Origin: Clostridia bacterium
GTDB lineage: Bacteria; Bacillota; Clostridia; Christensenellales; QALW01
Direction: 5' to 3'
Assembly (NCBI GenBank): GCA_045541035.1
Contig: JAZQII010000043.1
Span: 64,539-128,538, forward strand
DNA length: 64,000 nt
Both the position numbers and the translations under genes were made by a program. The notes under the pieces were generated by a model, which was not told the origin of the DNA, did not search any database, and saw only the letters and a list, made by a program, of their open reading frames with translations. Shown here one piece after another: positions 16,699 to 27,238 of this stretch (its first letter is position 1; each line of letters opens with the position of its first letter).

Positions 16699-18099
16699 TT
16701 AAATTGATGAAAATAACTGAATTTTGCGGGAATTTGCTTCATCAATACGCCCAATATATTCATAAATGCTTTTGAAATTAAAAGCGCGCTCTAACCTATC
16801 GCCGAATATTCTTTTGGAAACCGCACCGCAACCTAAAGCAAGAATATCAGTAGTTTCTTCCATAATATCAATATTATAAACACCGGTATGACCTTTTTTC
16901 GTATAGCCGATGTTTTCAAAATTCCCCGTCATATATTTTTGGCGGTAGAGATAATAAGGTTCGTAGCCTTTTCCCATAAGAATTTTTTGAGCGCCTTCTA
17001 CCATTTCCTGAACGTGCTCAACCTTCGCCGTTAAAGCATTTTCTTCAAACATTTTTGAACCGCGTTTTAAGGCGAGAGTATGTACCGTAATATTTTCTGC
17101 ATTAAGTTCAAGAACTTTATTTAAAGTGTAGAAAAACATTTCAGGCGTTTCATCAGGTAAACCTGCAATAAGATCTGCATTTATTGTTTTAAATCCAATC
17201 TTTCTGGCAAGTTTAAAACATTCTTCAATTTCTTCAGGCGAATGACTTCTGCCTATCTTTTTAAGAGTTTCAGCATTCATACTTTGGGGGTTAATGCTTA
17301 TTCTCTCTACGCCTGCTTCTTTCATTGAAAGAAGTTTTCTTTCTGTTATGGTATCAGGTCTGCCTGCTTCAACGGTAAACTCAAGTTCAGGCTTAAAATG
17401 CACAACTGCACATTTAAGCATTTTATCGAATAATTCTTCAGTTAAAGCAGTTGGGGTGCCTCCGCCAATGTAAACACAACGAACACGTTTATTTAACTTT
17501 TTCAAAAGTAAAGCAGTATCTTCGATCTCTTTTAACAGAGCGTCAACGTAAGGAATCATAAGTTTTTCGCCTTTGGTTGAATCTGTTGACGAGAACGAAC
17601 AATAGGTGCAACGCGTTTTACAAAAGGGTATGCCTATATATACATCGATCTGATCTTCCCGAGGAACAAAAAACTCTTCCTGATTTTTTATTATTCTCTG
17701 TAAAAGTTCACCTTTTACAATGGGGAGACCGTATTTTTTATTTAGAAGTTCAATGTTGCCGTTATTATCCCGCAAAAGTTTGGTAGGGCGGATTCCCGTT
17801 AACGAACCCCAAGGTAAATTTCTTCCCGTTGCTTTTTTAAGGGCATCATACATGGCAAGTTTTGAAGCATGTTTTTTTATTCTTTTTACCGATATTTCAT
17901 CGTCAGTTTCGATCTTTTCCGAAAACTCGCCTGAAAAACCTTTAAAATCGGCTTTGGCAATAACAACGTTATCTTTAATACTTTCAAATAAAGATACTTC
18001 GCCTTCATCAGCAAGTTCAATAACGTCAACTTCCAAAAAAGCACGAATACTTTCTGAAATATCGTTATAAAATTCAGGAACGTTAGTTACTAATTTCAT
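16699..18099 (-). CDS. Radical SAM protein, HemN/HemZ (coproporphyrinogen dehydrogenase-like) family
   Basis: 466 aa with CKTRCTYCSF (CxxxCxxC) and a HemN-like core. Its position upstream of hisS-aspS matches clostridial HemZ-like genes. Confidence 0.7.
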   Translation of the reverse strand: MKLVTNVPEFYNDISESIRAFLEVDVIELADEGEVSLFESIKDNVVIAKADFKGFSGEFSEKIETDDEISVKRIKKHASKLAMYDALKKATGRNLPWGSLTGIRPTKLLRDNNGNIELLNKKYGLPIVKGELLQRIIKNQEEFFVPREDQIDVYIGIPFCKTRCTYCSFSSTDSTKGEKLMIPYVDALLKEIEDTALLLKKLNKRVRCVYIGGGTPTALTEELFDKMLKCAVVHFKPELEFTVEAGRPDTITERKLLSMKEAGVERISINPQSMNAETLKKIGRSHSPEEIEECFKLARKIGFKTINADLIAGLPDETPEMFFYTLNKVLELNAENITVHTLALKRGSKMFEENALTAKVEHVQEMVEGAQKILMGKGYEPYYLYRQKYMTGNFENIGYTKKGHTGVYNIDIMEETTDILALGCGAVSKRIFGDRLERAFNFKSIYEYIGRIDEANSRKIQLFSSI

Positions 18100-18100
18100 A

Positions 18101-18706
18101 TTACCTCACAAAGGGGTTTGACATTTTTTCTTCCCCGATGGTAGTTTCTCCGCCATGACCTGCATAAACTACAGTATTTTCAGGCAAAGCATATAATTTT
18201 TCTTTAATACTTGAAGTAAGAACTTCAAAATCACCGCCCGGGAAATCCCATCTTCCCACACTTCCCTGAAAAAGCGTATCTCCCGAAAACAAAATATCAT
18301 CTGCTAAAAAGCAAACACTTCCCGTTGTGTGGCCCGGTGTTAAAATTACTTTAAAGGTCATATTTGCAATTTCAAGAATATCACCGTCATCAAAAATATG
18401 ATCAGCTTTAATTTTATTAAATGGAAAGCCAAAGGGCTCGGCAAGGCAGGAATAACCGTCCGAAAGCATATGTTCTTCATTTTTGGAAACATATACCTCT
18501 GCCCCGTCTTTCTGAAGTTTGTTTACTGCGCCCGTATGATCAAAATGACCGTGTGTAAGCAATACCGCTTTAATCTTTTTACCTTGCGCCCCATTGATTA
18601 TATTTTCATATTCATCACCCGGATCAATTACTACGGCATCTGCTCCATTTGATACAATATAGCAATTAACCTGAAGATCACCTACAACTACTTTCGTTAT
18701 TTCCAC
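18101..18706 (-). CDS. MBL-fold metallo-hydrolase (glyoxalase II-like)
   Basis: 201 aa with the THGHFDH motif. Confidence 0.8.
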   Translation of the reverse strand: MEITKVVVGDLQVNCYIVSNGADAVVIDPGDEYENIINGAQGKKIKAVLLTHGHFDHTGAVNKLQKDGAEVYVSKNEEHMLSDGYSCLAEPFGFPFNKIKADHIFDDGDILEIANMTFKVILTPGHTTGSVCFLADDILFSGDTLFQGSVGRWDFPGGDFEVLTSSIKEKLYALPENTVVYAGHGGETTIGEEKMSNPFVR

Positions 18707-19156
18707 TTAAAAACTCCTGTCGCTTTCTAAAAGAATTGTAACGGGCCCGTCGTTTATAAGGGCAACTTTCATGTCTGCTCCGAAAACGCCTTTTTTAACT
18801 TCAACCCCCATATCACTTATCTTTTTACAAACAAGTTCATATAAAGGCTCGGATATCTCGCCCTTTGCGGCTTTTATAAAGGAAGGTCTTCTGCCCTTTC
18901 GCGCATCACCGTAAAGAGTAAACTGCGAAACGGCAAGAATTGAACCGCCTACATCAAGCAATGACAAATTCATTTTGCCTTCGTTATCTTCAAATATTCT
19001 TGCATTTACTGTTTTTTCAGCAATATAATCAGCATCAGTTTCGGTATCCGTATCGGTTACACCTATAAGAAGCAAAATTCCATGTTCAATTTCTGAAACT
19101 TTATTTCCATCAATAGTTACTGATGCATTTTTAACACGTTGCAATACTCCGCGCAT
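18707..19156 (-). CDS. dtd: D-aminoacyl-tRNA deacylase
   Basis: 149 aa. [16 protein letters not shown] and GRRPSF are characteristic Dtd motifs. Confidence 0.9.
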   Translation of the reverse strand: MRGVLQRVKNASVTIDGNKVSEIEHGILLLIGVTDTDTETDADYIAEKTVNARIFEDNEGKMNLSLLDVGGSILAVSQFTLYGDARKGRRPSFIKAAKGEISEPLYELVCKKISDMGVEVKKGVFGADMKVALINDGPVTILLESDRSF

Positions 19157-19165
19157 AAAAGTCTC

Positions 19166-21301
19166 CTAATTATTCAATCGATATACTTCAAAAATGCCTT
19201 GGATTTTCTTAATATCACGCATAATGGCATCAAGTTGCTGGGCAGATGAAATTCTGATACCAATGGTAATTGTGCCGGTGCCTTCCTTGGTGGAAATATT
19301 AAGTGAAGCAATATCAGACTTATTTGTATAAATACAGTTTGAAAGTTCAAGGATAAGACCTGAACGGTCATAAGAATGGATCTGAACGTTTGCAACATAG
19401 TTAGTGTCTGCTTCAAGATCCCACTTAACTTCGATTTCTCTTTCGTGTTCAAAACCGCCTAAATTACTGCAATCTCTGCGGTGAACGGAAACGCCTCTGC
19501 CACGTGTGATATATCCTACAATATCATCGCCCGGAACAGGTGCGCAACACTTTGCAAAGCGCACAAGCATATTGCTTTCGCCTTTAACGATAACACCGTT
19601 GTTGGATTTTTCACGTTTTTTCTCTTGCTTGGGCTTTTCTTCAGCAAGAACCGTGGTATTTGCCTTTTTATATTCTTCAACAAGTCTCGGAAGAATCTGA
19701 TGTACTCTTAATCCGCCATAACCTACGGAGGCATAAAGATCTTCCATTGACTGTATCTTGTATTTTTTGATCAAGGGATCAAGCCATTCAGGCTTTGTAA
19801 GAGAAGGCCATTGATATCCTTGTCGCTTTGCTTCAGCAATAAGCATATCTTTACCTTTTTCAATATTTTCTTCCCTTAATTCTTTTTTGAACCATGCTTT
19901 AATTTTTGACTTTGCCTCGTTGGTGTGAACGATATTAAGCCAATCTCGGCTGGGACCGTGCCCTGCATTGGCAGATGCAGTAAGAATTTCGATTATATCA
20001 CCGTTTTTAAGTTTGGTATCGATATTTACGATTCTGCCGTTTATCTTTGCGCCTATACATCTGTGACCGATTGACGAGTGCACCGCGTAAGCAAAATCAA
20101 GGGGTGTTGCACCCATAGGCAAGCCTTTTACGTCGCCTTTGGGGGTGAAAACGAAAACTTCATCATTAAAAAGTTCTGTTTTTACTGCATCAAGAAATTC
20201 AGCACTGTCCTTTTCCTCATGCTCAAGATCCATCATTCGGCGAAGCCAACTTAACTTTTCTTCGCCCGTTGTTATCTGACCGCCGCCCTCTTTATACTTC
20301 CAGTGAGCGGCAACACCGTATTCAGCAGTATTGTGCATTTCTTCTGTACGGATCTGAATTTCAAAGGGTTTGCCATTTTTACCGATAACAGTTGAGTGCA
20401 ATGACTGATACATGTTTGCCTTGGGCATTGCGATATAATCTTTAAATCTTCCGGGCATAGGAATAAATTCGCTATGCATTATACCAAGGGCTTCATAACA
20501 ATATCTAACGTCGGTAACGATAATTCGCACCGCGCTTAAATCATAGATATTATCTATGTTATCACTGCCCTGTTGGCGCATTTTCTTATAAACGCTGTAA
20601 TAGTGTTTAGGTCTGCCGTAAACTTTGGCAGGAATAGTATTTTCAACAAGTTTTTTGTTTATTATTTCAATTATCTCATCAATTACCTGCTCGCGCTCAT
20701 CTCTGCCCTCGTTTATTGCGCCCTGAATATATTTATATGCTTCAGGCTCAAGATATTTAAGGCAAAGATCTTCAAGACGCCATTTGATCTGATAAATACC
20801 AAGTCTGTTTGCAAGAGGCGCATATATATCAAGTGTTTCTTTGGCAATTCTTCTTTGTTTAGATTCTTCGCAGGAAGAAAGCGTTTGCATATTGTGAAGC
20901 CTATCGGCAAGTTTCACAAGAATAACGCGGATATCATGGGACATGGCAAGAAACATCTTGCGCAGATTTTCCGCTTGTGCTTCTTCCTTTGAAGCAAACT
21001 GAATCTTGTTAAGTTTTGTAACACCGCGGACAATTTCGCTGACGCTGCTACCGAATTTTTCGGTTATCTCTTCCTGAGTATATGCGGTATCTTCAACAAC
21101 GTCATGAAGTAATGCCGCGCAAACTGCCTCGGCATCCATATTCATGTCAGCAAGAATTTCTGCAACGTGTTCAGGGTGAGTTATATAAGGCTCGCCCGAT
21201 TCGCGCAGTTGTCCCTCGTGGGCCGTTTTGGCAAGAGTATATGCTTCTATAATTTTTTCAGACTCCTGCTTGGAGTATTGTTCAATGATTTTCTCTATCA
21301 T
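19166..21301 (-). CDS. relA: Bifunctional (p)ppGpp synthetase/hydrolase RelA/SpoT
   Basis: HD domain (HPEHVAEILA...LLHDVVEDT), RelA_SpoT synthetase core, TGS and ACT regions. The start is set at MIEKIIEQY, just after the recJ stop. Confidence 0.9.
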   Translation of the reverse strand: MIEKIIEQYSKQESEKIIEAYTLAKTAHEGQLRESGEPYITHPEHVAEILADMNMDAEAVCAALLHDVVEDTAYTQEEITEKFGSSVSEIVRGVTKLNKIQFASKEEAQAENLRKMFLAMSHDIRVILVKLADRLHNMQTLSSCEESKQRRIAKETLDIYAPLANRLGIYQIKWRLEDLCLKYLEPEAYKYIQGAINEGRDEREQVIDEIIEIINKKLVENTIPAKVYGRPKHYYSVYKKMRQQGSDNIDNIYDLSAVRIIVTDVRYCYEALGIMHSEFIPMPGRFKDYIAMPKANMYQSLHSTVIGKNGKPFEIQIRTEEMHNTAEYGVAAHWKYKEGGGQITTGEEKLSWLRRMMDLEHEEKDSAEFLDAVKTELFNDEVFVFTPKGDVKGLPMGATPLDFAYAVHSSIGHRCIGAKINGRIVNIDTKLKNGDIIEILTASANAGHGPSRDWLNIVHTNEAKSKIKAWFKKELREENIEKGKDMLIAEAKRQGYQWPSLTKPEWLDPLIKKYKIQSMEDLYASVGYGGLRVHQILPRLVEEYKKANTTVLAEEKPKQEKKREKSNNGVIVKGESNMLVRFAKCCAPVPGDDIVGYITRGRGVSVHRRDCSNLGGFEHEREIEVKWDLEADTNYVANVQIHSYDRSGLILELSNCIYTNKSDIASLNISTKEGTGTITIGIRISSAQQLDAIMRDIKKIQGIFEVYRLNN

Positions 21302-23727
21302 GTATTGCTCCTGCTTGACACACATTTTAATAAATTTACATAGTAACGGCTTTCTTCAAGACTGCGCTTTTGCGCATCACGATTCAGCGTGATCTTAAAT
21401 TCTTCACCATACGAAAGACTTATAAAGCCAAGTTCTTTAAAAACTTGCAATGCCACCGAAGTAATGGGCATGGGGATCTGTCTTTTTTCAGCAACGTTCA
21501 TTAAAAACTCCAAAGAATTTTCATAGTTGCCTTGATGCTGACTAATTGCGCGGTATGCTACCATCATGTTTTCGCGGTCTATCTGCTTATATTCTTCAAA
21601 AATAGTATCAAAGAGATCCAACCCGCATTTTAACGAATATATCTCAATCCACGGTGCTTTTTTTGAAATAACATCAGCATAACCGCCGTTTAGCATATCA
21701 TATATTATTACCCGCTTATATGGAGTAAAATCTATTTTTTCGATTTCAGCGCCTATTACAAGGGCATTATATCCGCATCTTTCATTTAACGGTTTATGCA
21801 TTGAAACGTCAAAGCGGGGCGCTTCATTTTCAAGCATATTTACGCATCCTGCGGCATATTCGGGGTGATCGCACAAAATAAGCGTTCCCGATATATCTTC
21901 ATCATTCCATTGGGAAATCATATAATGAAGTTCTTCTGCTTCATCTATTACCTGAACCTTTGCTTCACCTGATTTAGGCAATGCAAGTTTTTCATAAAAA
22001 GATGCAGTAAGTTCTTCTGCCATCTTACGGGGTTTGATATTTTCGCCTTCCTTAAAATCCGATATTTTAAGGCTTATATTTTCCATTCCCTGCCATGAAT
22101 TTATTTCAGGTTTTACTATTGCCGTGCCATAAGAAAGATTAAAATAATCCGCATTATGTTTCTCATAATTAAAGGCAACTGCACCTGCTTTTGCAGTATC
22201 ATCTTGAAGATACAGTTTTAAATGATTTTTTAAAGTGCCAATCTTCTTAATCCCACCCGGAATACATTTATCAATTCTTAAAGTAATTTCAGCATTTTCA
22301 CATCCGCAAGGCTGAAATAACTCAATTTTTTTGCAAAATTCTGCCGTAATCTCGCTGATCTTGGCTTTTGCATCATAATTTGCAACGGGATAAAATAAAA
22401 CTTGTTCAAACTGCATTAAAAATTCATCAATGCGATTTGTAAAAGCCTCAATATTTTCTTCCCTGATGCTCATTCCTGCCGCCATTTTATGTCCGCCAAA
22501 CTGCACTAAAAGGTCTGCAGCAAAATTAAGCATTTCATAAAGATCAATCCCGTCAATACTTCTGCCCGAGCCTTTTGCCATACCTGAATCATCAATAGTC
22601 AGCATAATACAAGGCCGTCTGTACTTTTCGGCAAGGCGGGAAGCACAGATGCCCACAACACCGTCATCCCAATTTTTTCCGCCTATAACCAGCACTTTAT
22701 AATTTCTTATAAGTGCCTTGTCCCTAATCTGCTTTTCTGCTTCTTCAAGAATATATTTTTCAGTTTCCTGACGTTTAATATTATACTCGCAAAGTTTTTT
22801 TGCAAATTCCTTGGCAACGTTGCCCGAAGACATAAGAAGTTCAAAGGCGGTTTCCGCGCTTTCCATTCTACCTGCCGCATTAAGGCGTGGTGCAATAACA
22901 AAACCAACGGTCTGTGTGTTTACTTCACCTGAAAACTCTGCCGCAGAAAGAAGCGCTCTAAAACAATCGCGTGGTTCAGAATTAAGTTTTTCAAGTCCTT
23001 TTTTTACGATATATCTGTTCTCGCCATTTAACGGTACAACGTCAGCAACGGTTGCAACAGCGGCATAATCAATAAATTCTTCCGCATCATCTTTGAGAAG
23101 TGCCTGCGCTATTTTAAAAGCAATACCTGCACCGCAAAGATCGGAATTATTATAGTTATCTCCAGGTTGCCCCGGTTTAACAACGGTACATAAGGGAATT
23201 TCCTGACCTATTGTATGATGGTCAGTAACTATAATTTCTCTGTTAAGTTCATTCTGCTTTCTGATAAGTTCACTTGATGCAATTCCGCAGTCAACGGTTA
23301 TCAGAAGATCACAACCATTTTCAAATATACTGTTCAAGGCATTTTCATTTAAGCCGTAACCTTCAGTATGTCTGTCAGGAATATAATAGGAGGTCTTTAT
23401 TCCGTATTTTTCAAGTGCCCTAACCATTATTGCCGTTGCAGAAATACCGTCAACGTCATAATCACCGTAAATCGTAACGCTCTGATCCTTTGATTTTGCA
23501 ACTTCAAGCCTTTTAATAAGCACGTCCATATTAAGCATAGAAAAAGGATCAAGAAGATTCTTTTCGCTCGGATATAAAAAATCCTCGCACGCATCTTTTG
23601 TTGTAAGACCGCGATTATAAAGTATCCGTGCAAAAAGTTCATCGCAGTTAAGTTCCGATGCTAACGTTTTAACCCTATCAAAATCTATTTCAGATGTTTT
23701 TTTTCGCGGTTTAAGGGCAAGGGGCAT
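21298..23727 (-). CDS. recJ: Single-stranded-DNA-specific exonuclease RecJ
   Basis: DHH motifs (GDYDVDGI, VDCG, VTDHH) and a DHHA1 region (GGHKMAAG). The start is set at MPLALKPRK. Confidence 0.85.
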   Translation of the reverse strand: MPLALKPRKKTSEIDFDRVKTLASELNCDELFARILYNRGLTTKDACEDFLYPSEKNLLDPFSMLNMDVLIKRLEVAKSKDQSVTIYGDYDVDGISATAIMVRALEKYGIKTSYYIPDRHTEGYGLNENALNSIFENGCDLLITVDCGIASSELIRKQNELNREIIVTDHHTIGQEIPLCTVVKPGQPGDNYNNSDLCGAGIAFKIAQALLKDDAEEFIDYAAVATVADVVPLNGENRYIVKKGLEKLNSEPRDCFRALLSAAEFSGEVNTQTVGFVIAPRLNAAGRMESAETAFELLMSSGNVAKEFAKKLCEYNIKRQETEKYILEEAEKQIRDKALIRNYKVLVIGGKNWDDGVVGICASRLAEKYRRPCIMLTIDDSGMAKGSGRSIDGIDLYEMLNFAADLLVQFGGHKMAAGMSIREENIEAFTNRIDEFLMQFEQVLFYPVANYDAKAKISEITAEFCKKIELFQPCGCENAEITLRIDKCIPGGIKKIGTLKNHLKLYLQDDTAKAGAVAFNYEKHNADYFNLSYGTAIVKPEINSWQGMENISLKISDFKEGENIKPRKMAEELTASFYEKLALPKSGEAKVQVIDEAEELHYMISQWNDEDISGTLILCDHPEYAAGCVNMLENEAPRFDVSMHKPLNERCGYNALVIGAEIEKIDFTPYKRVIIYDMLNGGYADVISKKAPWIEIYSLKCGLDLFDTIFEEYKQIDRENMMVAYRAISQHQGNYENSLEFLMNVAEKRQIPMPITSVALQVFKELGFISLSYGEEFKITLNRDAQKRSLEESRYYVNLLKCVSSRSNT

Positions 23728-23755
23728 AATTCCTCCAAAGTTAAATAAAATACAC

Positions 23756-23788
23756 AAAACTCCCTTCCGCCGGGCAGAAGGGAGTTTT
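23756..23788 (-). terminator. Hairpin downstream of secF (terminator or attenuator)
   Basis: On the minus strand, AAAACTCCCTTC-loop-GAAGGGAGTTTT followed by GTGTATTTTATTT. It lies only about 30 nt upstream of the recJ start. Confidence 0.5.
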
Positions 23789-23799
23789 CTAAAAACGCA

Positions 23800-24657
23800 T
23801 TAAGCCTTTTTTGAACTTGCCATTTCAGGCATAACAAGAATTGCCACAGCGGCATTTATAACAACACCGATAAGTGCGGTAATTGCAAAATTCTTAAGCA
23901 TTACACCGCCTAAAATAAGCATAAGTGTAAATGCAATTACAGCTATTAAGGAAACAACAAGCACAAGTGATTTGTTCTGTTTTGCACTTACTATAATTGC
24001 ATCGGAAGCCTTTTCCATTCTGATTGTGTTATCCTTTAAGATCAAGGCATAAACAACCGCAAAGCCATATGCCAATGCACAAGCAACAAGGAGTGCAGGA
24101 ATGGTATAACCTGTAATTTTAATACCTGCAATACCGACAATGCCAAGGGTTGCGGCACCTGAAACAAACATATTCACGATAGTTGCAACGCCCATTTTCG
24201 CACCGAAGCGAACAAATACATACACAAGCATAACAAGTGCAATAAGTGTTACGGGCCACATTGATATAACCTTATCTCTGTTAAGAGTAGATGACATATT
24301 GGTAAGTGTTCCGGGATATTTAAGGAAATACTTTTCACCTAAAAGTTTTTCTGCAGTTTCATAAACATCCTGCACTTTGGAAGCATCTTCAACTTCAAAG
24401 CTAATAACTGCAACTTCGCCGCCTTTATATTCTCCAGAATGCTCAAGATATTCAAGATTCTTCTGAACAAGGCAACCTGAAGCGCCTGCTTCATTCATAA
24501 TGGCTTCAATATCGGAAGCCTCAAAACTCTCATTGATCTGAACTGTAAGCACATATGCGCCGCCAACGTCAACACCGCGGTCAAAACCGATAACGATTCC
24601 GCCGATAAGTAATACGGCTGCAAGAACAACTGATAATACACCTGATAATATCTTCAT
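23800..24657 (-). CDS. secF: Protein translocase subunit SecF
   Basis: Six-TM SecD/SecF fold. The start is set at MKILSGVLSV, adjacent to the secD stop. Confidence 0.85.
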   Translation of the reverse strand: MKILSGVLSVVLAAVLLIGGIVIGFDRGVDVGGAYVLTVQINESFEASDIEAIMNEAGASGCLVQKNLEYLEHSGEYKGGEVAVISFEVEDASKVQDVYETAEKLLGEKYFLKYPGTLTNMSSTLNRDKVISMWPVTLIALVMLVYVFVRFGAKMGVATIVNMFVSGAATLGIVGIAGIKITGYTIPALLVACALAYGFAVVYALILKDNTIRMEKASDAIIVSAKQNKSLVLVVSLIAVIAFTLMLILGGVMLKNFAITALIGVVINAAVAILVMPEMASSKKA

Positions 24658-24658
24658 A

Positions 24659-25918
24659 TTACTCACCTCTCTTAAGACCGAATGCTTTTGCGCTGTCTGC
24701 ACCTAAACCGATAAAGATCTTAGCCACAAACTTGAGGATAAACGAAGCAACGATAGCAGTAATTACTGCGCCGCCCATCAATGCAATACCGAAAGATGCA
24801 AAACCTGCATCGATCACCCAGAGGCCTAAACCTAATACTGCGGCAACAATACATACTTCAAGAATGATCTTACGGGCACTAACAACACCTGCATCAAGGC
24901 TTGATACAACGTCCTTACCTGAAGCATACTGTCTTGAAACGTTGTTAAGAACAAGAATATGTGCAAGAACCATAAGAAGTAACGTAACTGCGATACCTGC
25001 AACAGCAGTAGCATTAACACCGAGCCATGAGAAAGTTGCTAAGAAGAACTCATAGCCAAGTACGCCTATAAGCAATGAAAGCGCTGCCGCAACACCGAGC
25101 ATCTTGTTAGAAAGAACAAAATAAAGTGCCGCAATAACGATTATTGCAAGTGCGCATAAGCCAAGAACCATCGTTGCATTTTCACCTGCAGTACCGCTGA
25201 TATAATCAGAAGTTTCCGCCCAATTGATATCACCTGCAACTGCGCCTGAATTTATGCAATACTCAAAAGTAGTAGCCGCATTTGCATCAGTAAACTCAAG
25301 AGTGAGTTTTCCGTTTTTAACAACATCGCTTCCTGTTACGGTTGCTGTGGCAACATCAGTATCCATGGCAAATTTAAACGTATATGCGCCGTTTGACGTA
25401 AGTTCTTTAAGTTTTGCTTTTGCATCATCATTAAAAACAACGTCAACGCAAAGTGCAGTATATTCAGCATTATAACCTGCCATTTTTGCACTTTTAACGT
25501 CTTTTTCAGTAAACACAACGTCTGAACCCTTGGTAACTGCAAGTTTACCGTTATAACTGAATAAGCCGATACCGCCTTTGATCTGTGCTTCTGCAAGGGG
25601 AAGTGCCACATAAACGGTATCCTTACCCATGAGTCTTATAGAAGCATCGGTATAACCCATAAGTTCAGCACGCTTGCTAAATACATCAACAGCATTGATC
25701 GCTGTGGCATGAACATCAAGACCGGCATCATCTTTAGGTGCAGATATTGTAAATAACATTACGTTGGATTTTCCGATATCATTACCTTTTAACATAGCTT
25801 CATCCCATGCAATAAACTTCTTGCCAAGCAGGGATACGTTTGCACCGAAGGCCCACACGCTAAGAGCGATTACGACAACCAACAGGCAAATCAACTTAAT
25901 GAGACTTTTTATCTTCAT
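24659..25918 (-). CDS. secD: Protein translocase subunit SecD
   Basis: About 420 aa, with an N-terminal TM, a periplasmic-type domain and a C-terminal six-TM SecD/SecF core. Confidence 0.85.
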   Translation of the reverse strand: MKIKSLIKLICLLVVVIALSVWAFGANVSLLGKKFIAWDEAMLKGNDIGKSNVMLFTISAPKDDAGLDVHATAINAVDVFSKRAELMGYTDASIRLMGKDTVYVALPLAEAQIKGGIGLFSYNGKLAVTKGSDVVFTEKDVKSAKMAGYNAEYTALCVDVVFNDDAKAKLKELTSNGAYTFKFAMDTDVATATVTGSDVVKNGKLTLEFTDANAATTFEYCINSGAVAGDINWAETSDYISGTAGENATMVLGLCALAIIVIAALYFVLSNKMLGVAAALSLLIGVLGYEFFLATFSWLGVNATAVAGIAVTLLLMVLAHILVLNNVSRQYASGKDVVSSLDAGVVSARKIILEVCIVAAVLGLGLWVIDAGFASFGIALMGGAVITAIVASFILKFVAKIFIGLGADSAKAFGLKRGE

Positions 25919-25988
25919 CGAGTGCAACTCCTTTTATAGAACTTTAATTTATAATGTATAGAAAAATACAGTATAAAAATCTTTCTAT

Positions 25989-26017
25989 ATTATATATGAA
26001 GATTAAAAATTAGTCAA
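25989..26017 (-). promoter_or_regulatory. Candidate promoter of secDF
   Basis: On the minus strand, TTGACT (26017-26012), a 17-nt spacer, then TATAAT (25994-25989). Confidence 0.55.
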
Positions 26018-26070
26018 CACTAACATGCGTTTATGCCTGATTTTTTTGTCAAAATTCACCTTTACTGATT

Positions 26071-26436
26071 TTATTTTACGGTATTAACAGTTAATATACC
26101 TGCAAAGATACCGATAAAGACAGTCAGTAATAAATCAAGAAGCATTCCGAAACTGAATTGTAACGGTTCAACAAGTAATGAAAGCAACATACACACTATC
26201 CAATAAGGAACTGAAACTGCTATTCCGTTAAGGGCTCCGCGCTTTCTGCTTTTAAGTGATGCCAACACCGTTCCCAAACAAATGCTGACAACTTTTATTA
26301 TAACTGATATAAGGCTGACAAACTTTCCATCGTTGTTTTTCAAAAAAAGAGCCAATAATGCTACTCCTAAAACGGTTACGACCACTGCAACAGCTATTCC
26401 TTTAAGCCAAGAAAAAATCACGTTAATTTTTTTCAT
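26071..26436 (-). CDS. Small four-helix membrane protein (TIGR04086/YrzE-like)
   Basis: About 121 aa starting from MKKINVIFSWL, all hydrophobic helices. The family assignment is from memory only. Confidence 0.4.
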   Translation of the reverse strand: MKKINVIFSWLKGIAVAVVVTVLGVALLALFLKNNDGKFVSLISVIIKVVSICLGTVLASLKSRKRGALNGIAVSVPYWIVCMLLSLLVEPLQFSFGMLLDLLLTVFIGIFAGILTVNTVK

Positions 26437-26496
26437 AATAATCACCTCTTGTGATATATATGAAACTGAAAACAAAAAAAGCACCTCGAAAGATGC

Positions 26497-27222
26497 TTAA
26501 AAAAACATTATAGCCCCACTTATAATCATACCTATGTATATTATCAGTTTAAGTTTTTTGGAATTTAGTTTATCAAAAACCTTACTTCCAATAAAATCGC
26601 CAATCATACAGCCAACAAGTCCGATCAAAGAATATAATATAACATTTAAATCAATCAGACCGTTTACAGCACGCATCACCGTTGCATAAACGTTGGTAAC
26701 AGAAAAGAAAAACTGTATAGTTGCAAAATATACAATATTATCATTTGTGGCTTTGCTTAAATAAAGTACTACGGGAGGTCCGCCCGTTGAAAAGAGTCCG
26801 CTTAAAACACCGCTTAAGGTTCCTGAAATAATGCCGTTGGTAATGCTTGATCCAATTTTAATTTTTCCGTCAAAAAACAAAAAATATAAACTTAATAATA
26901 TAAGAACACTGCCTAAAAGAATTTTAAATATTCTTCCCGATACAACGGAAGAAAAATACACCGCAACAGATATTGTAATAACAGAAGCAATGATCATCGG
27001 CAAAGAGATTCTGAAGTCAACTTTTTTTCTGTATTTGACCGCATTAAAGCCTGACGTTACACAAGAAAATATAGATGAAATTGATGCCGATGCAGTATGA
27101 GAAGGCATAAAGTGCGGCATAAAAATCATTGCAAATATGCCTAAACCAAATCCACTTACTCTCTGTACAAAGGCGCCCCCCATTCCCACAAGAACAAGCA
27201 ACAGGTAATACAGCCACTCCAT
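26497..27222 (-). CDS. TauE/SafE family anion exporter
   Basis: 241 aa, about 8 TM helices, glycine-rich TauE-like repeats. Confidence 0.7.
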   Translation of the reverse strand: MEWLYYLLLVLVGMGGAFVQRVSGFGLGIFAMIFMPHFMPSHTASASISSIFSCVTSGFNAVKYRKKVDFRISLPMIIASVITISVAVYFSSVVSGRIFKILLGSVLILLSLYFLFFDGKIKIGSSITNGIISGTLSGVLSGLFSTGGPPVVLYLSKATNDNIVYFATIQFFFSVTNVYATVMRAVNGLIDLNVILYSLIGLVGCMIGDFIGSKVFDKLNSKKLKLIIYIGMIISGAIMFF

Positions 27223-27238
27223 AAGAAAATCCTTTCAG

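Noticed and set aside
20573-20992. 139-aa plus-strand ORF inside relA, and similar antisense ORFs at 1663-2064, 4543-4917, 12926-13273, 17720-18070 and 24732-25055
   Set aside because: All lie antisense to, or out of frame within, well-supported genes. They have biased, repetitive composition typical of shadow ORFs.
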